DNA from: Sedimentisphaerales bacterium | GTDB lineage: Bacteria > Planctomycetota > Phycisphaerae > Sedimentisphaerales > SM23-30 | Direction: 5' to 3' | DNA: 64,000 nt | NCBI GenBank assembly: GCA_963663805.2 | Contig: CAXXMR010000012.1 | Location: forward strand, 384,001 to 448,000 | In this document: piece after piece, positions 59,393 through 64,000 of the stretch | Layout: each line of letters begins with the position of its first letter | Position numbering within the stretch: position 1 is the stretch's first letter | Notes under the pieces: model-generated | Told to the model about the DNA's origin: nothing | Seen by the model: the letters and a program-made list of their open reading frames with translations, nothing else | Database searches by the model: none | Position numbers and translations under genes: made by a program

Positions 59393-59770
59393 ATGGATAC
59401 AAAAAAAGAACTCAAACCACTCTTGTCCTGGTTTCCATCAGATTTTGAAGAAGAAGATATTGAATTTGAGTGGGAATATTTGTTAGAACAATTAGATGAA
59501 CTCATTAAAGAAGTTAATTCTGAAGGATACTGGCTCTGTAAAGTAAGGAACTTCGGTTGGAGGAAAATATCTGGTCATGCATTTTTGCAATTTGAAACGG
59601 GAAACGAATTGGTCCAGAAGGTTCTTCCTGAGACAGAATGCAGTTTTAATGTTTTTCGGGAAAACAATATTATTAAAATTCAAAACTTTCATCATGATAG
59701 CCCAACTGGAAATGAGCATTATATATTAACTCCAATTAGTCAAGAACAGTTTGAAAACGAAGAAATATAA
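59393..59770 (+). CDS. Acidic hypothetical (phage/plasmid-type) protein
   Basis: GGAG RBS; NFGWR..SG and HHDSPTG motifs. Confidence 0.65.
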   Translation: MDTKKELKPLLSWFPSDFEEEDIEFEWEYLLEQLDELIKEVNSEGYWLCKVRNFGWRKISGHAFLQFETGNELVQKVLPETECSFNVFRENNIIKIQNFHHDSPTGNEHYILTPISQEQFENEEI

Positions 59771-59780
59771 GGAACATAAC

Positions 59781-60170
59781 ATGGACAAATATTTTGAAGT
59801 AGAAGCGACTGTTAGAATCCCAGAACAAAAAATAATGGATCTGATTGTGGCGGCAGTAGAAGGAGGATGTCATTATTGGGCAAGTTTCAAATTTCCTGAA
59901 AATTGGAAAGAAAAGTTTAAGTCTTATGAGTCTATTCCAATGAAGGGTGGCAAAATAGAAGTCTATGATGTTGAGACTGATGTATTGTTGGGATACTTAA
60001 ACAGGGCAACCATTCAATTAGGGCTTCAACTTATGGCTGATTGCAAGGACATGAAGGGGAAATCTGTTCCAGCCAGACATTTTGAGAATCTCGCCACAGA
60101 CAACGATGACGCTGAAACAGCAGACGTATTTCTTCAACTATCTATTAGTAAACTTTCGCATTTTTGTTAA
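59781..60170 (+). pseudogene. Phage-type hypothetical protein truncated by the IS701-like element
   Basis: AVEGGCHYWA...DAETADVFLQL then reads into the IS terminal repeat at ~60146. Confidence 0.65.
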
Positions 60171-61577
60171 CGTTTTTAAGCGGCTGGAGCTAATGCCTCC
60201 AGCAGGAACTCTAATTTTTTATCATGTACGGCCGAAATTCCGAACATCAATTTTATTCTTTCTCGCCAAAGCGTTCTTCTCAAGCACCCGATGGCATCAG
60301 CAAAGCTGGGAGCGGTTTTCTGGCAGTACCATGGCTGCACGATAAAATAACGATCCGCGGGTTTCTGCCGAAGATACCACAGCCACACCATCGAATACAG
60401 CCACAGGCTCAGACCCGTTGCCCGTTCGGGACCCTGGCCCTTGAACGTCTGTGGTTGCTGGCCGCCCAGCAGTTGTTTGGTGTTTTTGAAAGTGTCTTCT
60501 ATCGCCCAGCGATCGTTGTAGCACTCCAGCACTTCGACGGCCGTCATTTTTATATCGGTTGTAAAAAAGAAATCGTCTTTCTCTTTGCCTGCCGGATCGC
60601 GACTGATTACCAGCAGAACGGGGATGTGACTGACTTTGTACCACAGGACAACCCGAGTATAAACCAGACGTTCGGTAGTTCGGCCTCGTTGACGAAAGGT
60701 AACTGTTTGCCAGTTTTGAATATGGGCGGCCATCTTTTCCAGCTTGGCCAGTTTTTTGCCACGCTTGCGGGGCCTGCCGCGTTGTTTCTTTTGCCGTTTG
60801 GGCGGCAGGTCGTACAGGTTCGCGTCGCGTCGCAGCCGCGAAATAATCGTGGTTCTTTCCCGCGAAGTTCCGGCCAGAGTGGCGTAAAAACCATCTCCCA
60901 CGACCCGAAACCGCCTGTCGGGGAACCATTGCTCGACTTCTTTGATCATCTGCTCGGCCAGTTCGATAAGTGTATATTCCTTTTTGCGATGCAGTCGCAT
61001 ATTGATGGGCAAGCCCAGCGGTTCGCCACCCCAGGGCGGTTGAATTTGCAGGGTCAGCACCACCAGATTCAGGCCCCAGGCATAAACCACTTTGCTTTTG
61101 GTCGAGCGAACCGCATCCCTCCAATGGCCGGCTCCATCGACTTTGCGGCCGCTGCGGGGGAACAGCGTGTCGTCCAGAGCCAGGACAATCTGACCCTGGC
61201 GGCAAAACGTGCAAACCAATATTTGGGCCAGGACCTGCCACAGAACACTCATCTTCCACCGGGCGTCCGGCAGAAAGCGATGATAGGCGTCGTGGGCTCG
61301 CCATCCCAGCGGATCGGCGAAGGGAATAATGCCGGTAATTGTCCGCCGAGTGGTGCACAATACCCAGCCGGTCATCAGCCGAGCAAAAATATCGGCACCC
61401 GGTGCGGTAAAAATCGGAAAAAACTGCTGGACAAGCTCTGTCCATGTCGAGATAGTGAATGTAACGTTCATAGCAACCTCCGTGTTTTAGCTTTCCAATT
61501 AAATACATCGGATGGTTGCTATTTTTTTGCCAATAATTCATGCCGCTGGGCCGCCTAAAAAGTGCGAAAGTTTACAG
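60146..61577 (-). mobile_element. IS701-family-like insertion sequence
   Basis: Inverted repeats GTAAACTTTCGCA(T/C)TTTT at 60148-60165 and 61558-61575; CTAG immediately to the right. Confidence 0.85.
60176..61471 (-). CDS. DDE transposase (IS701-like)
   Basis: LALDDT, VGDGFY, YNDRWAIEDTFKNTKQ; GGAGG RBS. Confidence 0.9.
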   Translation of the reverse strand: MNVTFTISTWTELVQQFFPIFTAPGADIFARLMTGWVLCTTRRTITGIIPFADPLGWRAHDAYHRFLPDARWKMSVLWQVLAQILVCTFCRQGQIVLALDDTLFPRSGRKVDGAGHWRDAVRSTKSKVVYAWGLNLVVLTLQIQPPWGGEPLGLPINMRLHRKKEYTLIELAEQMIKEVEQWFPDRRFRVVGDGFYATLAGTSRERTTIISRLRRDANLYDLPPKRQKKQRGRPRKRGKKLAKLEKMAAHIQNWQTVTFRQRGRTTERLVYTRVVLWYKVSHIPVLLVISRDPAGKEKDDFFFTTDIKMTAVEVLECYNDRWAIEDTFKNTKQLLGGQQPQTFKGQGPERATGLSLWLYSMVWLWYLRQKPADRYFIVQPWYCQKTAPSFADAIGCLRRTLWRERIKLMFGISAVHDKKLEFLLEALAPAA

Positions 61578-62722
61578 CTAGTTATGGTGGTGGAATATGC
61601 CTTATGAGTACCGTTGATGCCGATATAATACACTCCATAGAAAACAGTATTGTCTGGGGCAATATACCTTTGGCTGCCTATATTGGAGAGAATATTTATG
61701 TGGGATCTTATGCTGATTTGAATGCCTCATACTGCGATTATGGCAGTTCTGATGGCGTGGCTAGTGTTGTCGGCAATATTTCGGTCGATCCAAAATTTGC
61801 TAGTTCCAGCAGTGATTATCATCTGAAGTCAGTTGGTGGTCATTATGATGTGAGTACAGGTGCTTATATTCCCGATACATTAACCAGCTTATGCATTGAC
61901 GCAGGCGATCCCGCTAGCGTTTACAGCAATGAACCTTCGCCTAATGGTGGCCGGGTTAATATGGGATATTATGGCAATACTACTCAGGCATCAAAGTCAG
62001 ACACTTCGCCACCCGCTAAAGCGACCAACCCAATTCCCAATGATAAATCGGAAAACAATAGTACATCATCTGTCTTAGAATGGACTCCTGGGACGGGAGC
62101 TACGTCACATAGAGTTTATTTTGGGACAGATTCTTCACCTGATTCAGGCGAATTTAAAATTGAACAGAGTACTACGGCCTACGCCCCAGGACAACTCAAT
62201 TCAAGTACAACTTATTATTGGCGCATTGACGAAGTTAATCAATATGGGACCACTAGCGGAGATGTTTGGGAATTCGGGACGGGGTCTCGGATGATCTATG
62301 TTGATGATGTTGCCACGAATGGAAATGGCACCTTGGCAAGTCCTTACAACAGAATCCAGTCTGGTATCAATGCCGCCTCTAGCGGAGATACAGTAATTGT
62401 GCGTAATGGAACATACTATGGCACAAATAACAAGGATCTCTATCTGAATTCGAGTGTAATAACAGTCAAAAGTGAAAATGGCCCTTTTAGCTGCACAATT
62501 GATTGTCAAAACTCCGGGCGAGGTTTCCTATTAAATAATAGCGGTGCATCAAATTCTATAATAAATGGTTTTACTATTAAAGATGGGAACACATCCAACG
62601 GAGGTGGTATATACATATCTGGTACCAATCCAATAGTTGCCAACTGTATTGTAAGAGATAATAACGCCGGTAGCTATGGCGGTGGAGTGTATATCAGTTC
62701 TAGCCAGGCATATACAAAACTT
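61578..62722 (+). pseudogene. Internal fragment of a large secreted parallel beta-helix / FN3-like protein
   Basis: YGGGI repeats, DPKF...DYHL...CIDAGDP, YYWRIDEVN, IYVDD...IQSGINAA; bounded by an IS on both sides. Confidence 0.8.
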
Positions 62723-64000
62723 GTAACACTTTAGCCAAGTGAAGCAGAGAACTCCGCGAGTTTTGGCAATTTGCCGGTTTTGATGTATGTTCGCAGGGCT
62801 TTTTTGATGGTAGCAACCGGGTTTAGGCCGCGTTGTTTCAGGGTAAAAAACACGCTCATCAGCACCGATTGCGTTCGGGCTCCACGGTCGCTGCGGTTGT
62901 TATAGCTGTTCTTTCGCATGATCACCGCGCCGCGAATGCTGCGTTCGCCAAAATTATTATCGAACGGCACCTCGCGATTGCTCAGAAAAGTGAACAGCTC
63001 ATCATGATGGCGTTTCAAACGCTTAATCAACCGCTGAGCTTCCTTGTTCGACCACTCATGCGCGATAATAAGATCCAAGCGTTTTTCGATTCGTTGGCAG
63101 CGCCGCTGGTAAACCGTCGCATCCAGTTCATCGATGCGTTTACGCAGGCGTATCGCGTCGCGAATTAATCGTTTGAGTTTTTTGGAGAACCTCGGCCAAT
63201 CGCCGCTGTGGTCTTTGGCTTTCCAGACTCGCTCCAAATCACGCAGTAAGTGAACCAGGCACTTTTGTTTGGCGCATGACAATACATTGTAAGCATACCA
63301 GAAGTCACTTACGAACACGCCGTTGAAACATTCTTTGATAAATTCCAAAACCACCGGCCCGGCCCGCGACTGCTCGACCGTAAAAATCGTGGCTTGATGG
63401 CTGGTAAAGCACCATAACCAATGCGTTTTACCGTTTACCCGCCAGCCGGTCTCATCGCCGTGCAGGACACCGGCTTTTTGAATGTCCTCGATTATTTCTT
63501 CGTACCAGGCCAGGAGTATATCCGCTAAACGATGCCACATCTGGACTAATCCGCCCGGCGACATCTTAAACCGGAGATGAAAATTAAACACCTCCAGGAT
63601 CTGCGCTATCGTATTGCCCAACGCAAAGTGGAGCCAGGCACACAAAACCACAATACCATTGCCAATAGATGATTTTGGCAGAGCATCGGTTACGATCGGC
63701 TCAACCGCCTTGCGACAGTTCGGACACCAGTCGCGATGAATAACATGCTTTACCGTCTCAACGCGAACATCTTCCGGGATGTCTTCGATGATTCGTTCAC
63801 GTGTGCCGGAACATTTTTTCAGTTCGCCGCCGCAGTCCGGACAACATGAAGCGCGATGTTCTTCGGTACGGTCTATTTGGGTCGGCAGATTGCGGCGAGT
63901 ACCTTGATGCCCTTTTTTACGGCCAAACTTTTTGCCGCGTTTTTTATCTGTTTTGTTCGGCTTGACAAAAACCGGCTTCTGACCTGAGGGACACGAAGGA
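62723..64000 (-). mobile_element. IS66-family element (partial; runs off the window)
   Basis: Terminal GTAACACT at 62723; transposase stop lies just inside the end. Confidence 0.85.
62731..64000 (-). CDS. IS66-family transposase (5' end beyond the window)
   Basis: GRKKGHQG, CPDCGGEL, HGDETGW, VSDFW.AY, QKCLVHLLRD, DNNFGERSIR; frame stays open upstream of the ORF-track start. Confidence 0.92.
   Translation of the reverse strand, partial: PSCPSGQKPVFVKPNKTDKKRGKKFGRKKGHQGTRRNLPTQIDRTEEHRASCCPDCGGELKKCSGTRERIIEDIPEDVRVETVKHVIHRDWCPNCRKAVEPIVTDALPKSSIGNGIVVLCAWLHFALGNTIAQILEVFNFHLRFKMSPGGLVQMWHRLADILLAWYEEIIEDIQKAGVLHGDETGWRVNGKTHWLWCFTSHQATIFTVEQSRAGPVVLEFIKECFNGVFVSDFWYAYNVLSCAKQKCLVHLLRDLERVWKAKDHSGDWPRFSKKLKRLIRDAIRLRKRIDELDATVYQRRCQRIEKRLDLIIAHEWSNKEAQRLIKRLKRHHDELFTFLSNREVPFDNNFGERSIRGAVIMRKNSYNNRSDRGARTQSVLMSVFFTLKQRGLNPVATIKKALRTYIKTGKLPKLAEFSASLG

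Larger units (their letters stand above)
33805..60145. mobile_element. tRNA-His-integrated genomic island (integrative element), right end truncated by an IS
   Basis: Integrase next to the tRNA 3' end, abrupt shift to AT-rich sequence, defence and mobile-element cargo; no attR visible. Confidence 0.85.

Noticed and set aside
60224..61558. Long alternative-frame ORFs (444 aa +, 414 aa -) over the IS701-like transposase
   Set aside because: Shadow frames in GC-rich IS DNA; the DDE motifs are only in 60176-61471

Overview
Bacterial chromosomal window. Gene content and order (VPAPG-type PEP-CTERM proteins, ffh-rpsP-trmD-rplS without rimM, degenerate histidine phosphatase next to accD, sulfatase, sialidase) suggest a Planctomycetota/Phycisphaerae-like host; this is an inference. 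Bases 1-33.8 kb are mostly core genome: a PEP-CTERM cluster, clpB, the ffh/ribosomal operon, an orphan Rhs toxin-immunity pair, an IS4-family element, gap-pgk-rpe-comM, tRNA-Glu, a diguanylate cyclase, lemA, a frameshifted DEAD-box helicase, hydrolases, accD and tRNA-His. An AT-rich integrative element starts at the 3' end of tRNA-His (~33.8-60.1 kb). It carries an integrase and probable excisionase, a type I R-M locus with two embedded accessory genes, dinB, an orphan methyltransferase, a sigma-like protein and small phage/plasmid-type ORFs. Its right end is cut by an IS701-like element, followed by a doubly truncated beta-helix gene and an IS66 element. The most striking observation is the ~1.1 kb ORF-free stretch inside the island (55.64-56.74 kb). 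It holds a promoter-driven, terminator-closed cassette of CRISPR-repeat-like units of two architectures, with no cas gene in the window: a type I-E-like repeat-spacer-repeat, and four I-C-like hairpin + 11-nt-handle units with compensatory stem changes, plus a long G-U-rich hairpin. This is a candidate multi-subtype crRNA-mimic (RNA anti-CRISPR) or Cas-hijacking array. A second notable find is a stand-alone paralog of the Ffh M domain directly downstream of ffh, whose basic SRP-RNA-binding helix has become acidic.
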